Positions 22,923 through 38,730 of a stretch of DNA of 64,000 nucleotides are shown one piece after another (position 1 is the first letter of the stretch; each line of letters opens with the position of its first letter). The stretch comes from the human T2T-CHM13v2.0 reference genome, Homo sapiens. The position numbers and the translations under genes were made by a program. The notes under the pieces are model-generated. The model was not told the DNA's origin. It ran no database searches and saw only the letters and a list, made by a program, of their open reading frames with translations. The DNA is taken from NCBI RefSeq assembly GCF_009914755.1, contig NC_060929.1; one strand, written 5' to 3'.

Positions 22923-25597
22923 GACACCAAATGATTATGCCACCAGAGCTGCCAACAAGAACTTGGTATCATCAGATTTACTAAATTGTAAGGTTAGATA
23001 GGTATAAGAGAAACCCTTTGTATAAGAGAAATAGTAAATTCAGGATTAGCTCCAACCAAGTCCAGAAGGAATTCCATAAACACATGACCTAGACTCCTGT
23101 TTCACCAATCTCTACTGTGCCAAAGCAATTCACAATTCATACCTATATTTTCATTGGAAAATTCCCTATGACCAACTGACAGAAGAGAAAAGATATTGGT
23201 CCCAGTTTACAGGTGCTTGGTACATATGTTGGTGCAAGCCAAAAATGCTTAACTGCTAAGTTACTTAAGGGGAACCCTAAAGGACAGTGGTAAAGGAAAA
23301 CCTTCTGTGTAAGCAGAGCTGTAAGAAATATACTTGGCCATTCATTTTTAATGAAAAGAGAAGTGGTCTGATGTGTGGCTATATGTAGATAGCTGAGCAG
23401 TGGCAAAGGGATTGGCTGGCTGGTCTAGCATCTGGAGGATACACAATTATTATATTAAAGACAAGAAAACTGTGGAAAATGTATATGGAAGGGTTAGGAA
23501 TTGGGCCAAAAAACAGCATAAAAAATATTTGCATCTCACGTTAATGCTCACAAGATAATTCTACCATAGGAGAGGTCTTCAACAACCAGGTGAATTGGAT
23601 GACTTATTCTGTAGATATCAGTCAGCCTCGTTCCTCAGCCATCCCACTACTGGGACAATAAGTTGGTAAGCAGGGAGGCCATGGGGGTAGATGGAGATTT
23701 TGTATGGGGATAGCAGCAGGGGCTCCCTCTCACTATGGCTGATCTATTACCCCTTCTGGGTTTTTTTTTTTTCCATTTCTTTTTATCTTAATTATTTGAG
23801 CTTTTCCTTTGCAGAATATTGCCACTTCTGAATGCCAGCAGAAGAATGCTGAGCCTTCAGTATCATTCCTTGAGGAAACCAGCCTGCCACTTAATGGCAA
23901 GTTGATTTTATCAGACTCCCCTCACTCTGGATAGGGCAGTAATTCATCACACCTACTCTAGAAAGTGGTGTTTTTTTTTTCTCCTCTCTTCACAATTCTT
24001 CGACAGCAATATTATTCAAAGGCTTACAGAATGATGTATCAACAAGGTATCCTATAAACCCTGTCTTAGACTGAGGGACCCATTTGTGGCAAATTAAATA
24101 GATAGATATAGGACATTGGATACATGACCAAGAGATTCACGAATTTTACAATGTATGCCTTTACCTCCCACCACCATCAAACAATGAGCCAATAAATCAA
24201 GGCAAGATCTATTAAAAATCTTTACTAAGGCACTAGCTTTGGAGATCACTCTAAAAGATTCGGATGCTGTCCTCTAAAATGTAGAATAGGAGCTGAACCA
24301 ACAATTCCATCCCAAGTAGCTAGAATACATGAGTCCATGAACCAAGTGGTGAAATAGGATTAACTCCTCCCACCAATGCTTCCAGTGATCTGATTGCATT
24401 TTTGCTTCCCATCCATGGAATCTCTAGGCTCTGCTGCATTTCAGTTGAATTTGAACCTGGTTACCGCCTGGTCATGTTGAGCTGTTCATACCAGTGGACA
24501 AACAAGCCAAAAAAGAGCTAATGTGATTATGGTGGTAAGTGACTTTGATTACCATGAGAAGCTTGGGTTGCTCCAACATAATTCGTTCAGTATATCATAT
24601 GTCTGGAATTCAGGACATTCACTAGGGTATCTCTTGGTGTCTCCATTGCCAGTGTCAATGGTAAATGAGCAACTGCAGCAACCATGACATAGACAAGGCA
24701 TTAAGCTCTTAAACTCCTCAGAGGTAAATGTCTCATCTCCAAGCAGGTCCAGAAGGAACCGTAGCTTGTTTCACTAACTCTTAAGTCTCTTCAGAAATCG
24801 TACTTGGTTATACCTTAGAGGAAAATCTTTTGTGGACTGGACTTACTCCTCTGCTGTCAGATAAGAAGTGAGGGCATACTCTCTCTTTCTCTCTCTTTCT
24901 CTCTCTCTCTTTCTGTCTCTTTCACACACACACATATGCATGCACACACGCACACACACACAAATGGAGGCCCCATATTGAATAATAGCATGGAAGCTGG
25001 ATACAACGGAGAATATGAGCAGGCCCATGGTGATACAGTGGATGGACTATATCAGATACTTCTTATGCTCCATTTCAGATGGCCTCAGCCTTGCCTGTCT
25101 TGTGTTCCAGACATGGCTACTGGAAGCCAGCTCCGTGTGGGCACAGACTTCATATAGGTGCAACCTTAACAGTACTTTCTCCCTCATAACTATGTCACAT
25201 GTCATTTGGCTCTCACCCAAAGGCTTTCCTGTTGAAACCAATTTAACAGGATTGGAACCTTGCTCACCATGGAAACTTGCTCAGCACCCACATAGACACA
25301 ATTCAGAAGTGTGGGGTAGTTCACGTCTGTGTGCTGAAACTTTGACCAGAGGGAGGTGAGGATAAAAAAATAAATGTTCCCCCATCACCACTCCTCCAAC
25401 TAGCTCCCCTCAGACACAATATATATGACTTCTTGGAGAACTGGATTTAAGAAATCAGTTGCAATTAATAACAGCCAATTCAATAATGCACCCTCAAATT
25501 GGCTCTTCATCCTTTCTGGCTTCACTCTCCTGGCCCCTCATTTGTTTCCTAGGATTGCACTTCCTAATATATTAGTGGTATAAAAGCCCTTTGACAT

Positions 25598-28505
<2,908 letters not shown>

Positions 28506-28521
28506 TCACCAGAAGACAGTC

Positions 28522-30595
28522 ATGGTGCCGCAGCAGGCTGCAGACACAAGGGAAGACTAACTAACCTCCTGAGCTGCCTCTGCCTGTCTAAATGAGCATC
28601 TGAGTCCAGTACCAAGGAGTTGAAGAAGGCTTTTTTGTGGGCAACGTCGTGGAGAACCTAGATGAGAAACCCTGAGCACCGGCTAGAGGTGAGTCCACTA
28701 TTTCTCCAAAGTCAGAAAAGCACACTTCTTCTAAATGCACAAAAGATCTGTTTGTAAATCAATGATTAAAGAAGATATGTAGAGAGATGCCCTAGTTCAC
28801 GTCTGCTGAGAGACCAGGTTGTTGAGAAGGACCCAGTGAAACTTCCTCAGGCTGCAGTAGAAATACTCGCTATATACATAATTATCTGGCTTCCCAGTGG
28901 AAGAAATAATAATGCCCTTTCTGGGGACATTATTTTCACATGCAGAATGTGCATGATTGTTAAGAGACATCAATTATCTACAAAGCTACTTACCCACTTG
29001 TGATATTTTTTCTTCTCAACATGCAGACTAAAGCCAGCCTGAACTGATTTTGAAAAATCTACTAAGCCTCATGTAAGGAATAGAGCATCACTACTGGTGA
29101 TGCTACCAACCTTGAAGAGGTTGGGGAAACAGGAAGATAGCAGTCCACCTTTTAAACATCATTAACAAGAAGTCTGTATGTAAGTGCTGGCATTAGGAGG
29201 AAGCCAAGAACAGTGTAGACAGTGGAGCTCAGAAAGCAGGCCACAGACCCTGATGATAGTTTTGTTGTAGTCTCAGCAATGCACCAAGATGTAACAGTCT
29301 CTCCTTGTCTGAGATAACACCCAGAGTTCTTTGTCCTACCTCCAAGAAGACACAAAGGTGAGGTTGGAGCGAAAGTTTAATAAGCGAAACAAGAAAGTTC
29401 TCTGTCAGCAGAGAGGCGGGCCTAAACAGGGTGCCCCGTGTGAGGCTGGGGTCCAGGGTTTTCAGGGGCTGGGAAGAGGAAGGAATGTGCTTAGTCCCTG
29501 GGCTGTCTGGAGAACATGTGACTCAGCTTGACCTGACATCAACCAGAAAGGTTTGCCCGGGACCTTGGGTTGGGAACAATCAGGGGCTGAAGTGATGATT
29601 CATAGAGCCCAGACTTACAGTCCAAAAAAGAAAGAAAAGTGCCCACCGGAACCCACTAGAGCCCACTGTGCCCCTGCCCACAAAAGGAGAAGAAACTTTT
29701 TCCTGGGAGCCTGCTGACTATACAAAGGACAAAGGCATTTCTATGCCAGGCCTTGTTCCCTTATCTGAGTGGGCCGGAGGTTTATGTACGTTTTTATTTC
29801 TATGCCAGGCCTTGTTCCCTTATCTGAGTGGGCCGGAGGTCTATGCAAGTTTTTATCCAAATGGGCCGGAGGTTTTTCTATCTGTGCAGCTGTGGGCCTG
29901 TCTCCAGGCACAACACCCTGTGCTAGTTCCTTATCAGTGCCTGCAGCTTGAATTTTTTTCCCAGGCTCCTTTTTATGTTATGTGGGGATGAGACACTGAC
30001 CCATGGGCTGGGGGCTCTCCAGGGACCCTTGCCTTGCTCTCTACCTAAGGCAAGCTAACTAACTCCTTTCAGTTTCAACACTGAAATAATTTGCTTTCTA
30101 AAATGAATCTCAGGGAAGACTTCTGGCCTATTTCACATGAATAAATGAATCTCAGAGATGTCTGGCCTATTTCACATGAATCTAGAGAGATCAGAGAGCG
30201 TAGAGAATTATAGACTTTGAAAACAGGGATTTTAAAGTTAAGGAGCTGCTCAAGTTGGAAGTGCAGGCCCTGGACAGAGGGATACTTTCTGGTCTTGAGC
30301 AAAAATCTCCAGTAGTTTCAGTCACACAACAACTTCCTGGAAATAATTATCACCCTCCTTAGAGGTCTGAGCCAGAAGAAAGAGAATCTACATTTCTTCT
30401 GAGTTCAGCAAGAAGATCATGAAGAAAATGAGCAGCTTTGATACTCCATTGCCAGATATGATCCTTCTGAGATATCACATATACTTAACTACTACAGCTT
30501 AGCATCCAGTGAATGCTAGGACACAGAAAGAATTTCTAACTACGATGTCTTTCAGCAATGCAAGATGCAGACCCTTTGGCCTTGACAATAGACCA
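28522..30595 (+). pseudogene. Relic protocadherin variable exon A (EC1-EC4), split by an LTR
   Basis: By-eye peptides EEGFFVGNVVENLD, AVEILAI, DINYLQSY, QPELILK, ATDPDD/SFNTEI (across LTR), IDFEN, LEVQALDRGILSG, NNFLEIIIT, NYYSLASSEC*DTERISNYDV in colinear cadherin order; stops and frameshifts. Confidence 0.85.
29263..30071 (-). mobile_element. ERV1 solo LTR (MER50-like)
   Basis: TG...CA termini, 4-bp TSD GTTT (29259-29262/30072-30075), internal ~45-bp tandem duplication. Confidence 0.8.
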
Positions 30596-30831
30596 AAAGG
30601 TATAATAAACTACAGAAAAGATTTTTCAAAATTAAGGGGCAAATTATGTTATGTGGAAGTGAAGAAAATTTTAAAATAAGGCTAGGCATCAGAAAAATGA
30701 TTTGATCAATTTAAATCTTAGAAACAAATACCATGGCACTAATTTAAAGAATACAAAAAGCCACAATACAAAAACACAATTAAGAGAAGGGGACAATCCC
30801 AGCACTTTGGGAGGCCGAGGTGGGTGAATCA

Positions 30832-31165
<334 letters not shown>

Positions 31166-31599
31166 TTATTCTAAAATATCACTCTTCTAACTGTAAAACA
31201 AACATCTAGACTGTCAGATCCTTGAAGTCAGAAACCAGATACCATTAGTGTCTGAATAGCCACAGTTCAATACAATACATTGTAAATGGTGTGAGTTAAA
31301 TAAGTATTATGTAGATAAATAATTTGGCGATAGAACCCTCAAATGTCTTTAAACACAGTATTTCAAATTACTATATTTTTGCTTAGAGATCTGAAATGAT
31401 ACAAGTTGTACCCAAATATTGAACACTGAATTAAGCAAATAGGACAGGAAAAAAATTCTCCTGACTTAGATTTCTATTCCTCACTCCCACTATCCTTACT
31501 TGCCTCATACTATTTTTTTGAAGGTATTGAGTTAAATCTTTAATGAATGACACGTAAGAAGGTATGCTGACAACAAAGCTAACTTAGACTACCTCATGG

Positions 31600-32210
31600 G
31601 TGCCAGGCAGCGGGACGGTGGACTCTGAAATGATCCACTTCCTGTTAAACGCCAGTCCCGTTTTATATTTAATACAGGCCTGCTCCGATGAAGCACCACT
31701 CCATAGCTACTGACCATTTAAGTATGGAATATATAACTTAAATCTATAAATAACTTTAAAGTATAAACATGATTTTCTTTTAAAGTAAAAGTAAATAAAT
31801 GGAAGATCAGCCATAGCTCTGGGGCACACCAGGCCTGACACTGAGCCTCCCCTCCCCTAAATGTCCGCAGCAACCCTTACTGGTCAGTATCTCATTTCCC
31901 TGACCATCTTGCTTCTGACACTAAGGCTAGAGTTACCACAGAGATTTCATAGATAGCAAAAAGCTTAAGGAAACAAAGTTTCCCACAGGAATTACATTCT
32001 GTCAAATAATAAACCCACATGGTACAGACTATTATTAAGACTGGTAGCCTGCTTCTTTTCAGCTTTAGAGGCTGCTTAAGAAAACTTGATACTGAAAGAG
32101 ACCCTGCTGGTGGTCTTGGAGCAACACAGAATGATGGGGCTTACTTTAGTGGTGACAAGAATGACATGGCCAAAGAACAGTTGCTTATCTCCAAGTCTGT
32201 GGGGATCAGA
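31600..32210 (+). pseudogene. Possible 3' (EC6/TM/cytoplasmic) remnant of relic A
   Basis: VDSE..FLLNAS, LISLTILLLTLRL..RFHR*QK, HMVQ..KTGSL; weak similarity in the expected order. Confidence 0.35.
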
Positions 32211-33046
32211 TAAATGAACTACGTTTTGGGGTTGGGGGTTTTTCTTTGTTTTGGAGGGGTTTTGACAGTGTACATATACATACATATGGTATATAGTTCA
32301 ATAAAATTACTTTTCTTCTGTTTCATTCCTTAGTCACACCCCATACGTAGTTATCATTAAAATTTACTGATGAACAGTACCAAATTTAGAAGACTCTAGC
32401 ACTGTAAAGGCATGGGAAGGTATTATGGACCCCAAGGTAAACTTCAAGAAAGGGTTGTCCCTAACATGACTCATTGTGGAGCAAAAGCACTAAGTTCTGT
32501 CTAGTTCTATCTGAGAGTAGATGACTTTTACCCACAAGTATTATTAGCAAATAGGGAACAAAAGCTTCTCTTAGCTTTGTCACTTTCTGTTCCCCAGGAA
32601 GGTTTCTGGCTGATGGAGGCAGAAAGGACAGTGAGTGACCCAAAATGAATCAACAACCTCTAAATGGGCCGATAGAACACCCTTGAGTCCTACCCAGGCC
32701 AGGACCCAGAGACTGGAAGCTAAGAACTGTTATCAGCCACATGGGTCTTCATCAAAGCAGAGGTGCACAGCTCCTTCCTCGAACTAAAGCCCAGCTCGTT
32801 TGAGGGGGAGAACGGAAGCTGGCGCAGGAAGGCTGTGTGGATTCCCCAAGGCCTGATGATACTCTAGATCATCCCTAACCATATAGGCAGAGTGCAGAAT
32901 ATAATCCCACTTTGAAAATGGATAACACTATATTAAGGGTATTGTTTCTTGGGAAAATCCACAATGCTTACTCTGAAACTTTTAACTCAAGAATGTCAAA
33001 GCCACACTGGTATGCAGGTACCTTCTCCTCTTAAAAATATAGATGA

Positions 33047-33816
<770 letters not shown>

Positions 33817-34258
33817 TCATTCATACCTATCTTCACAAAATATGGTCAATTCTGGGTTTGGGGGGCTGATATTTGAGATTATATATAGAACTAAATTGTT
33901 TCACTCACGACATAGAATCATCCAAACTGCATGTACACACAAATGGCTTTATGCAAAGGCCCTGACAGAACGATATTTAGTTTTTCAGATTAGGTACATA
34001 GGGCCAACCAGCCCACCCTGTACATTCCAGCAAGTGCAAGAGCAGCAACTTTCCTATTTCAATACAATTATGGGCAGAAATTATATGATGTAAAATAGAG
34101 GCCCTTCCATAAAGTTAAGATTTAGGGTAGAAGAAGGGAAGATAAAACCAAAATTCCCATGAAGTCAAAATTAGACAGTGGTCTTGTACTCTGCTGAACC
34201 CTGTGATGAACTGTAGTCCTCAAACTCATGGACTCGGATCCAGGTTCACCAAGACACT

Positions 34259-35164
34259 TCAGTATGCTTCCAACTGTTTCATCATCATCTTCCTGCTGTA
34301 TTCGTAGGCCACAAACAGTGCCCCATTGGCAGGGATTGCTCGAATCATAGTAGCTTTCAGTCCAGAATATAAGGCTACTATTCCTTCATTTCTCACAACA
34401 CTTAAGAGGGTACCAATAAATCCTGCCTGTTTCCCATACATGGAAAGAACTTGAATTCTGGATTTAATACAATCCACTGGGAACACGACAAGCCACAGGC
34501 AAATTCCAGCAACTCCACCACTTAACATCAAATGGACAGGGCCTAGTTCATCTTTTGATCTCCCTGACGCAAAAAACGATCGGCTCAGTTCATAGCCACC
34601 AAAGAAAAAGAAATAACCCGGTACTTCTTGAAGTAGAGTACTCGAGAGTCCATGGTAGAAGCCCAAGGGGCCATCCTTTTTAAGGATACCCTTCACGACA
34701 GACCAAATTGTATTATGGCTTTTTGCTATCTTCCCTGACATCTCCATTTCATACATGGTCTGTAGCCGGCACTTCACAAGCTCAGTGGGGCAGAGAGCCA
34801 GTGCAGCAAATGCAGAGGCGAAGGACCCCGCGGCTGCAGTCTGGAGATCACTCAGCTTTGCCTGCTTGTCCATTCCAGCCACTTTCCTGACAAACTGCTG
34901 GCAGAACCCGTAGCACATGAAGAGGACCGAGTTTTCGGCGACGTAGGCCATAAGTGCCGGGCCGGTGCCCTTGTAGAAGCCCCGGAGACCCACTTGGGCG
35001 TATGTCTTCAGGAAGCAGTCGGTGAGGCCCTTGTACAGGTCAGGGAACGTCTGCATCTTCACTTTTATTGTGTCGAAGGGCTGCCCAGTCAGTACACACG
35101 CTGTCCCCCCTGCGGCCCCCGCTGTGAGGTCGATGGCGGCTTGGATGCCAGGACCGGACTTCAT
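34259..35164 (-). CDS. SLC25A2: Mitochondrial ornithine transporter 2 (ORNT2/ORC2), intronless retrogene of SLC25A15
   Basis: 301-aa uninterrupted [19 protein letters not shown]...KQLEAY with three mitochondrial-carrier PX[DE]XX[KR] motifs (PFDTIK, PTELVK, PVDCIK); no introns; CpG-rich 5' end. Confidence 0.98.
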
Positions 35165-35810
35165 GTTCGCTCACTCGTCTGAGGGTCCCAGTGGAAGGCG
35201 ACTAACTCCCCAGAGCGTGAGACCGGCTTTTCACGTCCAGCCGCAGCGAGCGCGGGGAATGGAGTTGGGGGTGGTGGGGTGGCTCTACCGCCTGTTCTGG
35301 GCTCTCACCCCAGTGCGGGGGAAGCCGCTCAACCCTACGCTCCGCCGCGGGCCGCCCCCTCCCCGCGCACTAAAATAACCCCCTGCTGCCGGCCCAGCGC
35401 GCGGCTCACTAGCGTTCCTGCGGCTCCTGGCGCACTGGCCGGGCCCCCAGCCGCCTCCAGCCTGGAGCCGCCATCCCTGCACCCGCAGGCGGGGGACGCG
35501 GACCGAATAAATACTTTTAGTGTACTGCGACTGGGCGCGGTGGCTCACTCCTGTATCCCAGCACTTTGGGAGGCCGAGGCGGGAGGATCGCTTGAGCCCA
35601 GGAGATCGAGACCAGCCTGGGCAATATGGCAAGACTCCATTTCTACAAAAACGAAAAAATACCCGGGCGCGATGGCGCGCGCCTGTGGTCCCAGCAATTC
35701 AGGAGAATGAAGCGAGGATCGCTTGAACCCGGGAGGTCGATGCTGCAGTGAGCTATGATCGCACACTGCACTCCAGGGTGGGCGAAAGGGTGAGGCTCTG
35801 TCTCAAAACA
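34860..35810. promoter_or_regulatory. CpG island over SLC25A2 5' end/promoter
   Basis: Dense CpG and high GC from the 5' CDS through 35520, continuing into a CpG-retaining Alu. Confidence 0.85.
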
Positions 35811-36520
35811 AAACCAAAACCAAGAAAACATGTAAAGCTTTTCGATAAATTCTTGCAATTATGGCCGGGAACTCTAGACGCCGCAGTTCAGCTGGCGGCA
35901 AAAGAAATGCTGTCCTAATCAGTCAGCCCTGCTTCTTTTCTTTTCTCTCTTTTTTTTTTTTTTTTTTTTTTTTTGACTTAGGGTCTCACTCGGCCGCCTA
36001 AGCTGGAGTTCAGTGGCGCGATCCTGGCTCACTGCAGCCCCAATCTCCTGGCCTCAGGCGATCCTCTCACCTCAGCCTCCTGAGTAGCTGAGACTAGAGG
36101 GACTACAGGCGCAAGCCACCACATCTGGCTAAATTTTGTATTGTACAGACGGGGTTTCGCCATGTTGCCCAGGCTAGTCTCGAACTCCTGAACTCAAGCA
36201 ATCCACCCACTGGCCTCCCAAAGTGTTGGGGCTTACAAGCATGAACCACCACACCCGGCCTATCCCACGCTTCTTACCATGCAAAAAACAAAAACAAACA
36301 ACCCGAAAAGAAGATGCCCTCACTTGAATAGACCCTGAATTCAGAGGGTCAATCTACAAGAAAACTGCTTTAAAGTAGATAAGACAGGCCAGGTGTGGTG
36401 GCTCATGCCTGTAATCCCAACACTTGGAGAGGCTGCGGAGGGAGGCTCATTTGAGCCTAGGAGTTCAAGGCTAGCTTGGGCAGCAAAATGAGACACCCCT
36501 TACCCCCTACAAAAAATAAA
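35529..36520. mobile_element. Alu(+) 35529-35828, Alu(-) 35934-36260, Alu monomer(+) 36387-36520
   Basis: Consensus matches; first two are tail-to-tail around the CSE. Confidence 0.9.
35854..35896 (+). promoter_or_regulatory. CSE/CTCF-like element upstream of (divergent from) SLC25A2
   Basis: TGCAAT at 35854, then AACTCTAGACGCCGCAGTTCAGC; box (CGCA) at 35882 with 28 bp spacing; ~200 bp from the relic exon once 2 Alus and MER41 are removed. Confidence 0.68.
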
Positions 36521-36535
36521 GTAGAGAAGACAAAC

Positions 36536-37170
36536 TGTCAGAGGCGCTGGAACCACAGCAACTCCATCTTGACTAGGGACTGAGTAAAATAAGGCCGAGA
36601 CCTACTGGACTGCATTCCCAGGAAGACAGGCATTCTAAGTCACAGGATGAGATAGGAGGCCGGCACAAGATACGGGTCACAAAGACCTTGCTGATAAAAC
36701 AGGTTTCAGTAAAGAAGCCAGCCAAATCCCACCAGAATCAAGATGGCATAATAAGTGACCTCTGGTCGTCCTTACTGCTCATTATACGCCAATTATAATG
36801 CATTAGCATGCTAAAAGACACGCCCACCAGCGCCGTGTCCACTTACAGATGCCATGGCAACAATAAGAAGTGACCCTATGTGGTCTAAAAAGGGGGAGGA
36901 ATCCTCAGTTCCGGTAACTTTGGACCCCTTTCCCAGAAACCTCATGAATAATCCACCCCTTGTTTAGCTTACATTCAATAAAAAACTGTAAGTATCCTTA
37001 GTCAAGCCGCCCAGGCCACTGCTGTGCCTATGGAGTAGCCATTCTTTTGCTTCTTTACTTCTCTAATAAACTTGCTTTCACTTGACTCTATGAACTTGCC
37101 CCAAATTATTTCTTGCATGAGATCCAAGAACAATCTCTTGGGTCTGGATCGGGACCCCTGTCCGGTAACG
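36536..37170 (+). mobile_element. MER41 (B-like) ERV1 solo LTR
   Basis: TGTCAGAGGCGCTGGAACCACAGCAACTCCATCTTG start, 635 bp, TSD AAAC, AATAAA near the 3' end. Confidence 0.88.
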
Positions 37171-37201
37171 AAACGATCTGAGGGTTGCTACATGAGAGAC
37201 A

Positions 37202-38730
37202 GTGACTGCTTTTGATCAGAAAACCCTCAGCGATCTGCCCATGCTCCTCACTTTCCTGGGGGGCAAGGAGGGGAGTAGGGCACTGTGGGAATCCTTAGCC
37301 CTGGAGATGTGCTACTGCTTTCCTGCAGAGCTGGAGAAATGCTATCACATGGCAACATCCCCAAGGATCTGGGGTTGCAGCCCTGGGAACTGGTGGAACG
37401 TGGAGTCCTTATCATTTCTGAAGATAGAACACGGCACTATAAAATCAACTTGGAAAATGGATAGTATTTATATACTGCATTGCTAAGAAACTTGATAGAA
37501 AAGAGCTGGGTGGCTCAGCACTATGCTTTCTAAGTTTTGAGATTCTCTTTGAGGACCCACACAGCCTCATGCAGAAGTAGAAATTTGTCGTTTGTACACT
37601 GTTGGTGGGAATGTAAAATAGTTCAACCCCTATGGAAAGCAGTATGGAGATTTCTCAAAGAACTAAAATTGAACACCCATTCAACCCAGCAATCCCACTA
37701 TTAGGTATCTACCCAAAGGAAAAGAAATCATTTTATCAAAAAGACACCTGTGCTGGGGACAGTGACTTACACCTGTAATCCCAGAATTTTGGGAGCCCAA
37801 GCCAGGTAGATCGCTTGAGCCCAGGAGCTCCAGACCAGCCTGGACAACATGGCAAAATGCCATCTCTACAAAAAAATACAAAAAGTAGCCATGCATGATG
37901 GCATGCCCCTGTAGTGGCAGCTACACAGGAGGCGGAGATGGGAGGATTGACTGAGCTGAGTTGGAGGCTGCAGTGAGTTATGATCCAGCCTGGGTGGCAA
38001 AACAAGACCCTGTCTCCAAAAAAAAAACCAGAAAACATCTACACTCATATGTTTATGGAAGCACTATTCACAACAGGAAAGTCACAGAATCAATGTAAGT
38101 GTTCATCAATAGTTGATTGGATAAAGAAAATGTGGTATATGTATACCACGGAATACTATGCAGCCATAAAAAAGAATGAAATTATGTCCCTCACAACATG
38201 GATGGAGCTGGGGGCTGTTATTCTAGGTGAAATATCTTAGAACCAGAAAATCAAATACTGCATGTTCTCACTTATATAAGTGGGAGCTAAACAATGGGTA
38301 CACAAAGACATAAAGATGGGAATAACAGACACTGGGGAATCCAAAAGTGGGGAGGGTGGGAGGGATTGAGGGTTGAAAACCTACCTGTTGGGTACTACAT
38401 TCACTATGTGGGTGACGGGTTCACTAGAAGCCCAAACCTCAGCGTTACACAACATACCCATGTAACACACCTGCACATGTACTCCTTGAATCTAAAATGA
38501 AATTCAATTTAAAAAGAAGTAGAAGTTCGGGATACAAATGACATGTCTAGCTTTCAAAGCAAGATGTTTTTTGGACATTAGTGAGGATACCACTGTCAGG
38601 ACACACTTCTTCCTCCCAGATATTTATAATCCCAGCATTGGAATGAATTCTCTCCAGGCTTACATTCCAAGCCGTCGTCGGCCATGGGTAGTAAAAACAA
38701 AATCTGGGGGGAAGAAAGTATGCTGAAAGC
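37202..38730 (+). pseudogene. Relic gamma-A-type protocadherin exon B (signal, EC1, part of EC2), split by L1
   Basis: ALWESLALEMCYCFPAELEK, GNIPKDLGLQPWELVERGVLIIS, LDRKEL..LCFLSFEILFED, EVEVRDTND, LDISEDTT, IGMNSLQAY versus PCDHGA1 [23 protein letters not shown] and VGMNSLQSY. Confidence 0.92.
37588..38514 (+). mobile_element. L1 (L1MA/L1PB-like) 3' end with nested Alu (~37752-38030)
   Basis: ORF2-end/3'UTR sequence; TSD AGAAGTAGAA 37573-37582/38515-38524. Confidence 0.85.

Noticed and set aside
29737-30181. Short direct repeats resembling a CRISPR-like array
   Set aside because: Only two-copy tandem duplications (~45 bp in the LTR, ~40 bp at 30102-30181); no regular spacers; eukaryotic context
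35022-35710. Several 115-143 aa ORFs near SLC25A2
   Set aside because: Stop-poor CpG island and Alu sequence; no domain resemblance
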